Shown piece after piece: positions 25,393-35,358 of a stretch of DNA of 47,794 nt. This stretch comes from Acetobacteraceae bacterium. Lineage in GTDB: Bacteria; Pseudomonadota; Alphaproteobacteria; Acetobacterales; Acetobacteraceae. The translations under genes were made by a program, and so were the position numbers. The notes under the pieces are model-generated. The model ran no database searches, was not told the DNA's origin, and saw only the letters and a program-made list of their open reading frames with translations. The first letter of the stretch is position 1, and every line of letters starts with the position of its first letter. The DNA lies in contig DAIDIQ010000025.1 of assembly GCA_027459285.1 (NCBI GenBank), forward strand, positions 1 to 47,794. The letters are read 5' to 3'.

Positions 25393-26958
25393 TCAGGAAT
25401 TGTGGTTGATCGGACGCCAGCCACGGCCGTCATCATCGGCAAGCAATTCATCCGCCGCCGCCGGCCCCGCGCCACCGGCCTGGTAATTCGGAAAATCCGC
25501 CGGCTTTTCGACGGCCCAGGCCTCTTGCAGTGGCTGAACGATACGCCAGCCCGCCTCGACCATATCGGCGCGCTGGAACAGCGTCGCATCGCCGATCATG
25601 CAATCGTAAATCAGGGTCTCGTAGCCGACATTCGGCATCGCCGGGAACCAGTCCTTGTAGAGAAGACTCATCCTCACCGGCGCCAGCGTGACCCCCTGCC
25701 CCGGGCGCTTGACGTCGAACTGCAACGATATGCCCTCGTCCGGCTGAATTTGCAGCACGAGCCAGTTGGGGCCGAGATTGACCGCATCCGTGCCCCGGAA
25801 CAGCGACAGTGGCGCGCGTCGGAACCGGATCGCGATTTCGGTCCAGCGCTTGCGCATCGCCTTTCCCGTTCGCAGGTAAAACGGCACGCCGGCCCAGCGC
25901 CAGGTGTCGATCTCGAGTTTCAACGCCGCGTAGGTCTCCGTGTTCGAATCCGCCGCCACGTCCGGCTCATCCCGGTAATCATCCACGGCTCGGTCCAGAA
26001 CCTGGCCCCTGCCATATTGCCCCCGCACCGCGCAGGACGGCTGCACCGGCGGAATGGCATTCAGGACATCGGCCTTGCGGTTGCGTACCGCATCGGGGTC
26101 GAAGCCGGTGGGCGGCTCCATGGCAACCATCGTCAACAACTGAAATAGATGGTTCGGCACCATGTCGCGCAGCGCGCCGGTCTGTTCATAGAAACGGCCA
26201 CGACGCTCGACGCCGACGGTCTCGGCGACGGTGATCTGGACATGATCGATATGGTCACGGTTCCAGACCGGCTCGAAAAACCCGTTGGCGAAACGCACCG
26301 CCATGATGCTCTGCACTGTTTCCTTGCCGAGGAAATGATCGATCCGGTAGATCTGCTGCTCGGTGAGGATTTTCAACAACCTCGTATTGAGCGCCCTGGC
26401 AGAGGCGAGATCGTGGCCGAACGGCTTCTCGACGATCACCCGCCGCCAGCGCGCGCCATCCTGCTCATCGACCAGCCCGGCCGCGGCAAGCTGCTCGGTC
26501 AAGGGTCCAAAAAAGCGGTCGGCGACGGCGAGATAGAACAATACGTTGCCGCCGGTCCCGTATGCGCGGGCGGTCTCCGCCAGCACGTCCGCAAGCCGCG
26601 TGAAGGTCGCCGCCTCGCCGAAATCCCCCCTGAGGTAGGTCATGCGGCCACTCAGCATGCCCCACACTTCCGGGTTTGTGCCATCGGCCGAGAATTCGCC
26701 GCCACCTTTCGCCGATTGTTGCATCATCTCGGCCAGGCGCTGACGCCACTGATCGGTGGTGAGGTCGGCCGCATCGACGCCGATCAGTGCGAAATCCCTC
26801 GGCAGCAGGCCGCTCGATGCCAGATTATACAGTGCCGGCACGACGAGGCGCTTGGTCAGGTCGCCGCCCGCGCCGAAAATCACCATCGCGCACGGACCCG
26901 CCGGCCTCACGGCCAGTTCCGATTGCGTTGTCGGCATGCTGCCTGCATCGTCCGCCAT
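25393..26958 (-). CDS. zwf: Glucose-6-phosphate 1-dehydrogenase
   Basis: 521 aa from ATG 26958, 5 nt after the tkt stop. Motifs are IFGAGGDLTKRLVVPALYNL and RIDHFLGKETVQSIM. The track ORF to 27504 runs in frame into tkt. Confidence 0.95.
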   Translation of the reverse strand: MADDAGSMPTTQSELAVRPAGPCAMVIFGAGGDLTKRLVVPALYNLASSGLLPRDFALIGVDAADLTTDQWRQRLAEMMQQSAKGGGEFSADGTNPEVWGMLSGRMTYLRGDFGEAATFTRLADVLAETARAYGTGGNVLFYLAVADRFFGPLTEQLAAAGLVDEQDGARWRRVIVEKPFGHDLASARALNTRLLKILTEQQIYRIDHFLGKETVQSIMAVRFANGFFEPVWNRDHIDHVQITVAETVGVERRGRFYEQTGALRDMVPNHLFQLLTMVAMEPPTGFDPDAVRNRKADVLNAIPPVQPSCAVRGQYGRGQVLDRAVDDYRDEPDVAADSNTETYAALKLEIDTWRWAGVPFYLRTGKAMRKRWTEIAIRFRRAPLSLFRGTDAVNLGPNWLVLQIQPDEGISLQFDVKRPGQGVTLAPVRMSLLYKDWFPAMPNVGYETLIYDCMIGDATLFQRADMVEAGWRIVQPLQEAWAVEKPADFPNYQAGGAGPAAADELLADDDGRGWRPINHNS

Positions 26959-26963
26959 CGTGC

Positions 26964-29033
26964 CTATCCCCGGCTGCCCTGTCTGCTGATCTGGTCCCGC
27001 GCGGCCTTTGTCACAGCCTCCACGGTGAAGCCGAATTTCGTCAGCAACGCCTTGAGCGGTGCGGAGGCCCCGAAGCCGTGCATGCCGATCACGGCGCCGT
27101 GCCGCCCGACATAGCGCGCCCAACCCATCACCCCGGCCTGTTCGACCGCGACGCGGGCGGAAATCGCATCGGGCAGAACCTGCTCGCGATAGGCATCGTC
27201 CTGTTGCTCGAAAAGCTCCCAGGACGGCATGCTGACGACGCGCGCCGGCACGCCCTCGGCGGCGAGTTGCTCGGCGGCGGCGACGCAGAGCGAAACCTCG
27301 CTGCCGGTGCCGATCAGAATGACCCGCGGCGGCGCGCCGCCGAGATCGGCCAGGACATAGGCGCCGCGCGCAAGCCCGGCGGCCGGCGCGAAACGGCCGC
27401 GATCCAGCGTCGGCAGGGCCTGGCGCGACAGGACCAGGCAGGTCGGCCGGTGCTTCGCCTTCAGCGCGACCCGCCACGCCTCGGCAACCTCGTTGGCATC
27501 GCACGGGCGCAGGGTCACAAGGCCCGGGACCGCGCGCAGGCCGATCAATTGCTCCACCGGCTGGTGGGTCGGCCCGTCCTCGCCAACCCCGATCGAATCG
27601 TGGGTGAACACGTAGATCACCGGCAATTCCATGATCGCGGAAAGCCGGATCGGGTTGCGCATGTAATCGGAGAAAATCAGAAAGCCCGAGCCGAACGGCC
27701 GCAGCTTCGAGAGCGCCATGCCATTGACCGCGGCGCCCATCGCATGCTCGCGGATGCCGAAATGCAGGTTGCGGCCGCCGTAATCGCCCGGCTGGAAGTC
27801 ACCCGCCTGCGCGAAGGTCATGCGGGTTTTGGTCGATGGCGCGAGATCGGCGGCGCCGCCGACCAGCCAGGGCACCACCTTGGCGATGGCGTTCTCGACG
27901 GTCGCGGAGGAATCGCGGCTCGCGATACCTTTCGCATCGGCGGGAAATATCGGAATCGCCTCTTCCCAGCCGGGCGGCAGCTCGCGCAGCTGCAAGGCCT
28001 CGAAGTCTCGGGCAAGCTCGGCATGGGCCGCGCGATAGCGCGCGAACAGCGCCCGCCATGCCGCGTGTTTCTCGGCGCCGCGCGTGCCGATACCATCGGC
28101 GAAATGCTGATAAACGCCGTCCGGCACGAGAAACTGCGCATCCTCGGGCCAGCCGTAGAATGTCTTGGTGAGCCTGACTTCCTCGTCGCCAAGCGGTTCG
28201 CCATGCGCCTCCGGGCTGTCCTGCTTGTGCGGCGCGCCATAGCCGATATGGCTCTCGACGATGATCAGGGTAGGCCGACCCTGTTCGCGCGAGGCGAGAT
28301 CGAAGGCGCCGAGTACTTCCTGCGCGTTATTGGCGTCGCGCACATGCAGCACATGCCAGCCATAGCCGAGAAAGCGGGTCGCGACATCCTCGGTAAAGGC
28401 AATTTCAGTGTGTCCCTCGATCGTCACGCGGTTGGAATCGTAGATCCAGCACAGCTTGTTCAGCTTGAGATGCCCGGCGAGCGAAGCGGCCTCGCCTGAG
28501 ATGCCTTCCATCATGCAGCCATCGCCGCACAACGCATATGTCCGCCAATCCACCACCGCGAAATCGGGCCGGTTGAAATGCGTCGCAAGCCAGCGCTCGG
28601 CCATCGCCATGCCGACGCTCATCGCAACCCCCTGACCGAGCGGGCCGGTGGTTGCCTCCACGCCGGAGGTCAGGTGATATTCCGGGTGTCCGGGACAGGC
28701 GCTGTCGAGCTGGCGGAATGTTTTGATGTCGTCGAGCGTCACTGACGGGCGGCCGAGCGTTTCATAGCTGGCATCCACCGCCTGCGTCCCGGTCAGGTGC
28801 AGCAGCGCATAGAGCAGCATCGAGGCATGGCCGGCGGAAAGCACGAACCGGTCGCGATTGGGCCAGACCGGGTCCGCCGGATCGAAATTGAGCCGGTTCT
28901 GCCACAGCCCATAGGCCACCGGTGCCAGGCCCATCGGCGTGCCTGGATGGCCCGATTTTGCTTTCTGAATCGCATCGATCGCGAGCGTGCGGACCGTATT
29001 GATGCAGAGGCGATCGATGTCGCTGTCAAGCAT
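26964..29033 (-). CDS. tkt: Transketolase
   Basis: 689 aa. Motifs are SGHPGTPMGLAPVAY, LSAGHASMLLYALLHLTG and GEDGPTHQPVEQL. Confidence 0.95.
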   Translation of the reverse strand: MLDSDIDRLCINTVRTLAIDAIQKAKSGHPGTPMGLAPVAYGLWQNRLNFDPADPVWPNRDRFVLSAGHASMLLYALLHLTGTQAVDASYETLGRPSVTLDDIKTFRQLDSACPGHPEYHLTSGVEATTGPLGQGVAMSVGMAMAERWLATHFNRPDFAVVDWRTYALCGDGCMMEGISGEAASLAGHLKLNKLCWIYDSNRVTIEGHTEIAFTEDVATRFLGYGWHVLHVRDANNAQEVLGAFDLASREQGRPTLIIVESHIGYGAPHKQDSPEAHGEPLGDEEVRLTKTFYGWPEDAQFLVPDGVYQHFADGIGTRGAEKHAAWRALFARYRAAHAELARDFEALQLRELPPGWEEAIPIFPADAKGIASRDSSATVENAIAKVVPWLVGGAADLAPSTKTRMTFAQAGDFQPGDYGGRNLHFGIREHAMGAAVNGMALSKLRPFGSGFLIFSDYMRNPIRLSAIMELPVIYVFTHDSIGVGEDGPTHQPVEQLIGLRAVPGLVTLRPCDANEVAEAWRVALKAKHRPTCLVLSRQALPTLDRGRFAPAAGLARGAYVLADLGGAPPRVILIGTGSEVSLCVAAAEQLAAEGVPARVVSMPSWELFEQQDDAYREQVLPDAISARVAVEQAGVMGWARYVGRHGAVIGMHGFGASAPLKALLTKFGFTVEAVTKAARDQISRQGSRG

Positions 29034-29952
29034 GGTCGCCTGCCTTCCGCCCGGTGGTAAAAACGCTCACCCATTCGAGATAGCGTTCGGCGATCTGTTC
29101 GGTCGCCGTCTCGCGCGTGGTGGTGTTGTCGTGCAGCCCGACCAGCGCCGGCCAGAACGAGGTGCGGCCAACCGCGAAGCCGACGAAGCCGCGTACCGGC
29201 GCCGCGGTGCGCAACCACTCGATGATGCCGGACTCATCGGAGCCACGGCCGAGCACGATGCAACCCACCTCGCCACGGCCGTCGCGCCGCGCCGCGGCCA
29301 CGATCGCCTCGCAATCGGCGCGGAGATCTAACCCCTCGATCTTCCAGACATCGGGCTCGACACCCGCCTGCTGAAGCTCCTTGATCGCGGCGATCATCAG
29401 CGAGGGCCGCAGATCATGGTCATACAGGCGCACATTGCCCTCCAGCCGGTCGGACTGTTCGTGCGTCGCCGGCACCAGCAATTCGAACATGAAATAAAGT
29501 CCGTTCTGATGGCAGTAATCCGCCAATTCCTTGAGCCGCGCCGCCTGGCGCCGGTTCATCGCCTCATCGCCTTCCGGATTGTAGCGCACGAGCGCCTTGA
29601 CGAAGGTCGGCGCGAAGGCGGCGATATGCTCCCGCCAGCGATCGGCATATTCGAACGCGAACTCATCCTGCCCGCTTTTCTCGACCGGCATGCAGGTGAT
29701 GAAGCGGCGCTCGCGGGCATCGCGCAGGATGGCGGCGCCGAATTCCTCGTCGACGAGAATACCCGCCGCGGCCGCCGGCACGCCATGTCTCAGCGCGAGC
29801 TTGAACCCGTCATACACCACCTGCTTGGTGGCCGCGACCATCGCCGTTTGTTCGCGGGTCAGTGGCGGCTTGAAGCCGAACAGCCCCTTCTCGAAGCTCG
29901 CGCGGTGATCGAAGGGCAGGATATAGAGTGGGCGGTTGTACCCGAGGCGCAT
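29026..29952 (-). CDS. DUF2090 / 2-deoxy-5-keto-D-gluconate-6-phosphate aldolase-like (class I aldolase fold) protein
   Basis: 308 aa. The N-terminus, RPLYILPFDHRASFEKGLFG, matches my memory of the DUF2090 domain usually fused to IolC kinases. It starts 3 nt after the pgi stop and overlaps the tkt start by 8 nt. Confidence 0.6.
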   Translation of the reverse strand: MRLGYNRPLYILPFDHRASFEKGLFGFKPPLTREQTAMVAATKQVVYDGFKLALRHGVPAAAAGILVDEEFGAAILRDARERRFITCMPVEKSGQDEFAFEYADRWREHIAAFAPTFVKALVRYNPEGDEAMNRRQAARLKELADYCHQNGLYFMFELLVPATHEQSDRLEGNVRLYDHDLRPSLMIAAIKELQQAGVEPDVWKIEGLDLRADCEAIVAAARRDGRGEVGCIVLGRGSDESGIIEWLRTAAPVRGFVGFAVGRTSFWPALVGLHDNTTTRETATEQIAERYLEWVSVFTTGRKAGDHA

Positions 29953-29955
29953 GGC

Positions 29956-31599
29956 TTAATTCCCCCTCGCCTGGCTCGCCCGCCGATACCGGTCGATCAG
30001 GGCGTTGGTGGAGCTATCATGAGCGAGTGCCGCGTCTTGCCGGGAATCGAGTTCCGGCACGATACGCAGCGCCAGCGCCTTGCCGAGTTCGACACCCCAC
30101 TGATCGAAGCTGTCGATATCCCAGATCGCACCCTGGGTGAATACGCTATGCTCGTAGAGCGCCACCAGCGCGCCGAGCGTGTGCGGGTCGAGCCGGTCGG
30201 CGAGAATGAGGTTGGTCGGGCGATTGCCCTCGAACACGCGGAAGGGCACCTGCCATTCGGGCACGCCGCCGGCCGCCACTTCCCGCGCGGTCTTGCCGAA
30301 GGCCAGCGCCTCGGCCTGGGCGAACAGATTGGCCATCAGCAGGTCGTGCTGAGACGCGATCGGGCTGAGCGGCTGGAGAAATCCGATCAGATCGCAGGGA
30401 ATAAGTTTCGTGCCCTGGTGGATCAACTGATAGAAGGAGTGCTGGCCGTCGGTGCCCGGCTCTCCCCAGATCACCGGACCGGTCTGATAGCCGATCGGGC
30501 GGCCCTGGAGATCGACATGCTTGCCGTTACTCTCCATCTGCAATTGCTGGAGATAGGCCGGGAAACGGCCGAGATGCGCCGCGTAGGGCATGACACCCAG
30601 GGTCTGCGCGCCGAAGAAATTATTGTACCAGACGGTCAGCAGCCCGAGCAGCATCGGCAGGTTACGCTCGGCCGGCGCGGTCCGGAAATGCTCGTCCATG
30701 GCGTGAAAGCCGGCGAGCATGTCGCGGAAGTGCTCCGGCCCGATCGCGACCATGGTGGATAGTCCGATCGCGCCATCCATCGAATAGCGGCCGCCGACCC
30801 AATCCCAGAAGCCGAACATGTTCACAGTATCGATCCCGAAATCCCGCACCCCGGCTTCGTTGGTTGAAACCGCGACAAAATGCCTGGCCACCGCCGCATC
30901 CGTGCCGAGACGCTCGACGACCCAGCGCCGGGCGGTCGCGGCATTGGTCATGGTCTCGAGCGTGGTGAAGGTTTTCGACGAGACGATAAAAAGCGTCTCG
31001 GCCGCATCCAGTCCCTGAACCGCCTCGCTGAAGTCCGCGCCATCGACGTTGGCGACGAAGCGGAATGACATTCCCCGGTCGCTGTAGGGGCGCAGCGCGC
31101 GATAGGCCATCTCGGGGCCGAGATAAGACCCACCGATACCGATATTGACGATGGTCTTGATGCGCTTGCCGGTATGTCCGGTCCAGCTTCCGCCGCGAAT
31201 CTGCTCGGCGAATCCTGCCATCCGGTCGAGCACCTCGTGCACGTCCGGCACGACATTGGTGCCGTCCACCTCGATGCGGGCATCACGGGGGGCGCGCAAC
31301 GCGACGTGGAGAACGGCCCGCCTCTCGGTGTTGTTGATTTTCTCGCCCCGAAACATCGCGTCCCGCCGCGCGGTGACGCCCCGGCTTTCAGCCAGCGCAA
31401 ACAGCAGCCGCAGCGTCTCGTCGGTGATCCGGTTCTTCGAATAGTCGAGAAACAGCCCGGCGCCATCCGCCGAGAAACGTTGCGCCCGCCCTGGATCTTC
31501 CGAGAACAGCGTACGCAGGTGAACGTCCTTGATTTTCTCGTAGTGCGCGGCGAGCGCCCACCAGGCGGCACTGGCGTTGGTTACGGTCTTCATGTCCAT
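29956..31599 (-). CDS. pgi: Glucose-6-phosphate isomerase
   Basis: 547 aa from ATG 31599, with GGGGAGGA upstream. Motifs are [24 protein letters not shown] and [19 protein letters not shown]. The track start at 31680 overlaps tal. Confidence 0.95.
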   Translation of the reverse strand: MDMKTVTNASAAWWALAAHYEKIKDVHLRTLFSEDPGRAQRFSADGAGLFLDYSKNRITDETLRLLFALAESRGVTARRDAMFRGEKINNTERRAVLHVALRAPRDARIEVDGTNVVPDVHEVLDRMAGFAEQIRGGSWTGHTGKRIKTIVNIGIGGSYLGPEMAYRALRPYSDRGMSFRFVANVDGADFSEAVQGLDAAETLFIVSSKTFTTLETMTNAATARRWVVERLGTDAAVARHFVAVSTNEAGVRDFGIDTVNMFGFWDWVGGRYSMDGAIGLSTMVAIGPEHFRDMLAGFHAMDEHFRTAPAERNLPMLLGLLTVWYNNFFGAQTLGVMPYAAHLGRFPAYLQQLQMESNGKHVDLQGRPIGYQTGPVIWGEPGTDGQHSFYQLIHQGTKLIPCDLIGFLQPLSPIASQHDLLMANLFAQAEALAFGKTAREVAAGGVPEWQVPFRVFEGNRPTNLILADRLDPHTLGALVALYEHSVFTQGAIWDIDSFDQWGVELGKALALRIVPELDSRQDAALAHDSSTNALIDRYRRASQARGN

Positions 31600-31628
31600 C
31601 GGTTCCTCCCCAGATTCGCGGCGACGGC

Positions 31629-32705
31629 TCAGCTCAACACCTTGCTCTTGGCGTCGATCGCCTGGAGCAGTTCCTGCCACGAGGCGACGAAGGCCGCGGC
31701 GCCATCCGCTTGCAGCGTTTGCGCGAGTGCCGCGATATCGATGCCGGCATTTTCGAACATGCCGAGAGACGCGGCACTTTTGGCGCTGTCGCGCACCAGC
31801 GCCCGCCCGGCCCCGCCATGGTCGGCGGTCGCCTTCAAGGTGGCCTGCGGCATCGTATTCACCGTGTTGGGTGCCGCGAGACCATTGACATACAGCACGT
31901 CCGAGATCGCGGGGTCCTTGGTCCCGGTGCTCGCGAACAGCAGACGCTGCGCCCGCGCGCCGTGGCTTTCGAGCCGCTGCCAGCGGTCGGTGTCCAGCTG
32001 GTCGCGGAACACGTTATAGGCACGCTGCCCGATCGCGATGCCGAGCCCGTTCCTGAGATGATCGGGCAAGGCTTCCGCCGCCGCGCGGTCCCAGCGCGAA
32101 ATGAAAAGCGATGCGACCGAGCGCACATCGGGCGAAAGCCCGGCATCGATCCGCCGCTCGAGCCCGCGCATATAGGCCTCGGAGGCGGCGAGGTAATGAT
32201 CGGGCGAGAACAGCAGCGTGACGTTGACCGGCACGCCACGGAATATCGCCTCCTCGATCGCTGGCAGCCCTTCGCGCGTGCCGGGAATTTTGATGAACAG
32301 GTTCGGCCGCGCCGCCTTGGCCAGCAGCGCCTCGGCGGCGGCGACGGTTCCCTTGGTGTCGTAGGCAAGTAGCGGCGATACCTCGAGCGAGACCCAGCCA
32401 TCCACGCTCGCGGTGCGCCGATGGATCGGCAGGAACAGATCGGCGGCGCGCCTCAGGTCCTGGATCGCGAGCTCGAAGAACAAATCCTCGCCGCGAAGCC
32501 CGGAATCGAGCAGACGGATTATTTCACGGTCATAGGAAGCGCTGTGAGTGATGGCGTGATCGAAAATGGTCGGGTTGGAGGTGAGCCCGGTCACCGACCA
32601 TGTCTCGATGAAGGTCGCAAGCGTTCCACTATCGAGCAGATCGCGGGTGATGTCGTCGAGCCAGAGGCTTTGCCCCAGCTTGTTCAGTCGCGCGGTGGGC
32701 AACAA
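31629..32705 (-). CDS. tal: Transaldolase
   Basis: 358 aa. The N-terminus reads [15 protein letters not shown], with TSNPTIF downstream. TTG start, with GAGGAG 7 nt upstream. Confidence 0.9.
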   Translation of the reverse strand: MLPTARLNKLGQSLWLDDITRDLLDSGTLATFIETWSVTGLTSNPTIFDHAITHSASYDREIIRLLDSGLRGEDLFFELAIQDLRRAADLFLPIHRRTASVDGWVSLEVSPLLAYDTKGTVAAAEALLAKAARPNLFIKIPGTREGLPAIEEAIFRGVPVNVTLLFSPDHYLAASEAYMRGLERRIDAGLSPDVRSVASLFISRWDRAAAEALPDHLRNGLGIAIGQRAYNVFRDQLDTDRWQRLESHGARAQRLLFASTGTKDPAISDVLYVNGLAAPNTVNTMPQATLKATADHGGAGRALVRDSAKSAASLGMFENAGIDIAALAQTLQADGAAAFVASWQELLQAIDAKSKVLS

Positions 32706-32745
32706 GGGAAGTCTCCTCTCTCGCCGAACGGGTGTGTGAGAATTA

Positions 32746-33759
32746 TCAGGCGGTCTTTTCGTTGTGCCCGCCGAATTCGAGGCGCAGAGCCGACATCAGC
32801 TTGTTCTCGTACTCCGCCTCGTTGCGGGAACTGAAGCGCGCGAACAGGGCAGAGGCCAGCACCGGCGCGGGCACGCCCTCGTCGATCGCCGCCTGCAGGG
32901 TCCAGCGGCCCTCGCCGGAATCGGAGACCCGCCCCGAGAAGCCGCTGAGATCCGGGCTTTTGCGCAGCGCGCTGGCGGCGAGGTCGAGCAACCAGGAGCT
33001 CACCACGCTGCCACGACGCCAGACCTCGGTTATTGCCGCCATGTCGAAATCATAGGCGTAGAATTTGGGTTCGCGCAGCGGCGTCGTCTCGGCATCGACC
33101 TCGCTCCGGGTCAGGCCGACATTTGCCCGCCGGATGATGCCGAGCCCTTCGGCGTAGGCGGCCATCATGCCGTATTCGATGCCGTTATGCACCATCTTGA
33201 CGAAGTGTCCGGCGCCGCTCGGCCCGCAGTGGAGATAGCCACGCTCGGCCTGGCTCGGCTCGCCGCTGGCACCCGGGGTGCGGGATGCCGCCTCGACGCC
33301 GGGCGCGAGCGCACGGAAAATCGGGTCGAGGCGCTGGACCACCGCATCGTCGCCGCCGATCATCTGGCAATAGCCGCGTTCGAGGCCCCACACCCCGCCG
33401 CTCACGCCGACATCGACATAGTGCAGCCCCTTGGCACGCACCGTCTCCGATCGGCGGATATCATCCTGATAGTAGGAATTGCCGCCATCGATCACCGTGT
33501 CGCCCGGCTCGAGCAGCGGCATGAGCGCCTCGAGCGCCGGATCGACCGCCGCCGCCGGCACCATCAACCACACCGCCCGCGGCGCGCTCAGGCCGCGGAC
33601 AAACGTCGCAAGGTCGGTGGCACCGGTGGCCCCCATCGCCGCCAGTTCCCTGACCGGCTGCTCGCTCCGGTCATGGACGTGCACCATGTGCCCCGCCTTG
33701 ATCAGGCGGGTGGCCATGTTCGCACCCATCCGCCCCAGACCTATCATGCCGAGTTGCAT
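32746..33759 (-). CDS. gnd: 6-phosphogluconate dehydrogenase, decarboxylating (short form)
   Basis: 337 aa from ATG 33759, with GGGGAA upstream. It reads MQLGMIGLGRMGANMATRL with a Rossmann motif. GAGHFVKMVHNGIEYG lies further downstream. Confidence 0.9.
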   Translation of the reverse strand: MQLGMIGLGRMGANMATRLIKAGHMVHVHDRSEQPVRELAAMGATGATDLATFVRGLSAPRAVWLMVPAAAVDPALEALMPLLEPGDTVIDGGNSYYQDDIRRSETVRAKGLHYVDVGVSGGVWGLERGYCQMIGGDDAVVQRLDPIFRALAPGVEAASRTPGASGEPSQAERGYLHCGPSGAGHFVKMVHNGIEYGMMAAYAEGLGIIRRANVGLTRSEVDAETTPLREPKFYAYDFDMAAITEVWRRGSVVSSWLLDLAASALRKSPDLSGFSGRVSDSGEGRWTLQAAIDEGVPAPVLASALFARFSSRNEAEYENKLMSALRLEFGGHNEKTA

Positions 33760-33775
33760 ATCGATTCCCCATTGG

Positions 33776-33791
33776 CGCGCGCATGCGCGCG
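33776..33791. promoter_or_regulatory. 16-bp perfect palindrome CGCGCGCATGCGCGCG (alternating pyrimidine-purine) just upstream of the gnd RBS
   Basis: Read directly from the sequence. It lies 17-32 nt upstream of the gnd ATG, at the head of the 8-gene PPP operon. Its function as an operator or 5' UTR hairpin is inferred. Confidence 0.3.
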
Positions 33792-34123
33792 GTCGCAAAC
33801 TCTCAGCCCAGGCAAAACGACCGGCGGACCGGCGTGGCGCTCAGACGGTCGGACTATGAGGTCGTCCGCCGCTCGCTGAGAAATACGTTCTGCCTATCAC
33901 TTCCATGCCTGGCGGGCGTCGTGCCCCGCACGGTATCTGCTGCCAGCGGGCTCGGTCTGTGCTTCGTGGCGGAGGGCTGCCACCCGGGACCCCGGCACGG
34001 CTGTCCGGCCTCGTCGCGTGGTCGGGCGGCCGCTTGCCCGCGCGGCGGGCGGGAGCCCGGGGGATCCGCGTGCATGGCGCATTTGGCCGCGACCCTGCGG
34101 TGACGGAGGCCGGCCAAGGATTG

Positions 34124-35209
34124 ATGTCCGCCCCGCGAAAGGAGCTTGCCGTGACAGAAGACGCTTCCCTGGTTTCTGATCCGCGGCGCTATTTTCAGTC
34201 GGTGGACGCCAAGCGGACGGTCGAGGCCGAGCAGCCCCCGGTGTGCGCCTATCTCGAAATCACCAATCGCTGCAATCTGCTGTGCGAAACCTGCCCGCGC
34301 ACCTTCGAGGCGCTGGAGCCGCCGGCGGATATGTCGTGGGCGCTGTTCACCCGCATCGTCGATCAGCTTCCCGGTCTCAGCCGCGCGGTTCTGCACGGCG
34401 TGGGCGAGCCGATGCTGGTACGCGCCCTGCCGGCGATGATCCGCTATCTCAAGGATCGCGGCGTCTATGTCTTGTTCAATACCAACGGCACCCTGCTCCG
34501 CGAGCGCCGTTTCCCGGAACTGGTGGATTCCGGCCTCGACGAGCTTCGCGTATCGCTCGACGCGGCCGATGCGCCAACCTATGCGCGTATCCGCGGCAAG
34601 AATTTTTTCGACCGGATCGTGCGCGACGTGAAGCGCTTCACCGGGTATCTGCGCGAGCGCGATCTTGCCAATCCGCGTGTCTCGCTATGGCTCACGGGCC
34701 TTCAGGAGACGATCGGCCAGCTACCGGATTTTGTCCGCCTCGCCGCGCGGATGGGGGTGGCCGAGGTTCATTTGCAGCGGCTGGTGTTCGACGAGCAGGG
34801 TTTCGGTCTCGCCCGCGCCGAGTGTTCGTTATTCGAGCGTACCGAGGCCTCCGAGGCGGAGACGATCGAGCAGGCGATGGCGCTCGGGCAGTCGCTCGGC
34901 GTCAGGCTCGACGCATCCGGCGCGACCGAGCCCGGCATCAGCCTGAAACGCAGTGACGAGTCCTCGCCCTGGTCGCTCTGCCGGCGGCCCTGGTCGCTGA
35001 TGTATTTCACCGCGCATGGGCGCGCCCTGCCATGCTGCATCGCGCCGTTCTCGGCGCGCGGCTATGAAAACTACACGCTCGGGGATGCGACCCAGCAGAC
35101 GCTGCGCGAGATCTGGAACGGCGAGGCCTATCGCGATTTTCGCGGCAGGCTGCTCGGCGATACGCCGCCGAAACCGTGCGAGGGGTGCGGGCTGCGCTGG
35201 AGCCTGTAG
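34124..35209 (+). CDS. Radical SAM enzyme with C-terminal SPASM/twitch-type auxiliary cluster domain
   Basis: 361 aa from ATG 34124. It has a CxxxCxxC motif (ITNRCNLLCETCP), and a GGEP-like motif (HGVGEPML). The C-terminal Cys pattern is CRRPW...GRALPCCIAPF...LGD...LREIWNG...CEGCG. The track ORF from 33905 adds an Arg/Gly/Pro-rich extension judged non-coding. Confidence 0.8.
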   Translation: MSAPRKELAVTEDASLVSDPRRYFQSVDAKRTVEAEQPPVCAYLEITNRCNLLCETCPRTFEALEPPADMSWALFTRIVDQLPGLSRAVLHGVGEPMLVRALPAMIRYLKDRGVYVLFNTNGTLLRERRFPELVDSGLDELRVSLDAADAPTYARIRGKNFFDRIVRDVKRFTGYLRERDLANPRVSLWLTGLQETIGQLPDFVRLAARMGVAEVHLQRLVFDEQGFGLARAECSLFERTEASEAETIEQAMALGQSLGVRLDASGATEPGISLKRSDESSPWSLCRRPWSLMYFTAHGRALPCCIAPFSARGYENYTLGDATQQTLREIWNGEAYRDFRGRLLGDTPPKPCEGCGLRWSL

Positions 35210-35358
35210 CGCCGAGCCGACCGGCGCGGGCGCGACGGATCGCGCGGTAACGCCGCTATCGTCACGGCAATGGCCCACTGGTCGGCATCAAGGCAGGCGT
35301 TTGCGCATCCGCGGCACCCGCGGTCTCGGCAAAGACAAGGCTCGGGCAGGAACGGACC

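Noticed and set aside
25942-25951. GTTCGAATCC, a tRNA T-loop-like decamer
   Set aside because: The flanks do not form a T-stem or any cloverleaf, and it lies inside the zwf coding region. It is a chance match.
26787-28499. 570-aa plus-strand ORF
   Set aside because: It is antisense to transketolase, whose identity is unambiguous.
29416-30762. 448-aa plus-strand ORF
   Set aside because: It is antisense to the DUF2090 and pgi genes and has no motifs.
33783-34103. Cys-containing 106-aa ORF upstream of the rSAM/SPASM gene, considered as a possible RiPP precursor
   Set aside because: It starts inside the divergent gnd promoter and palindrome region. It is Arg/Gly/Pro-rich with no leader/core organisation, has no RBS, and overlaps the equally implausible N-terminal extension of the rSAM ORF (33905-34123).
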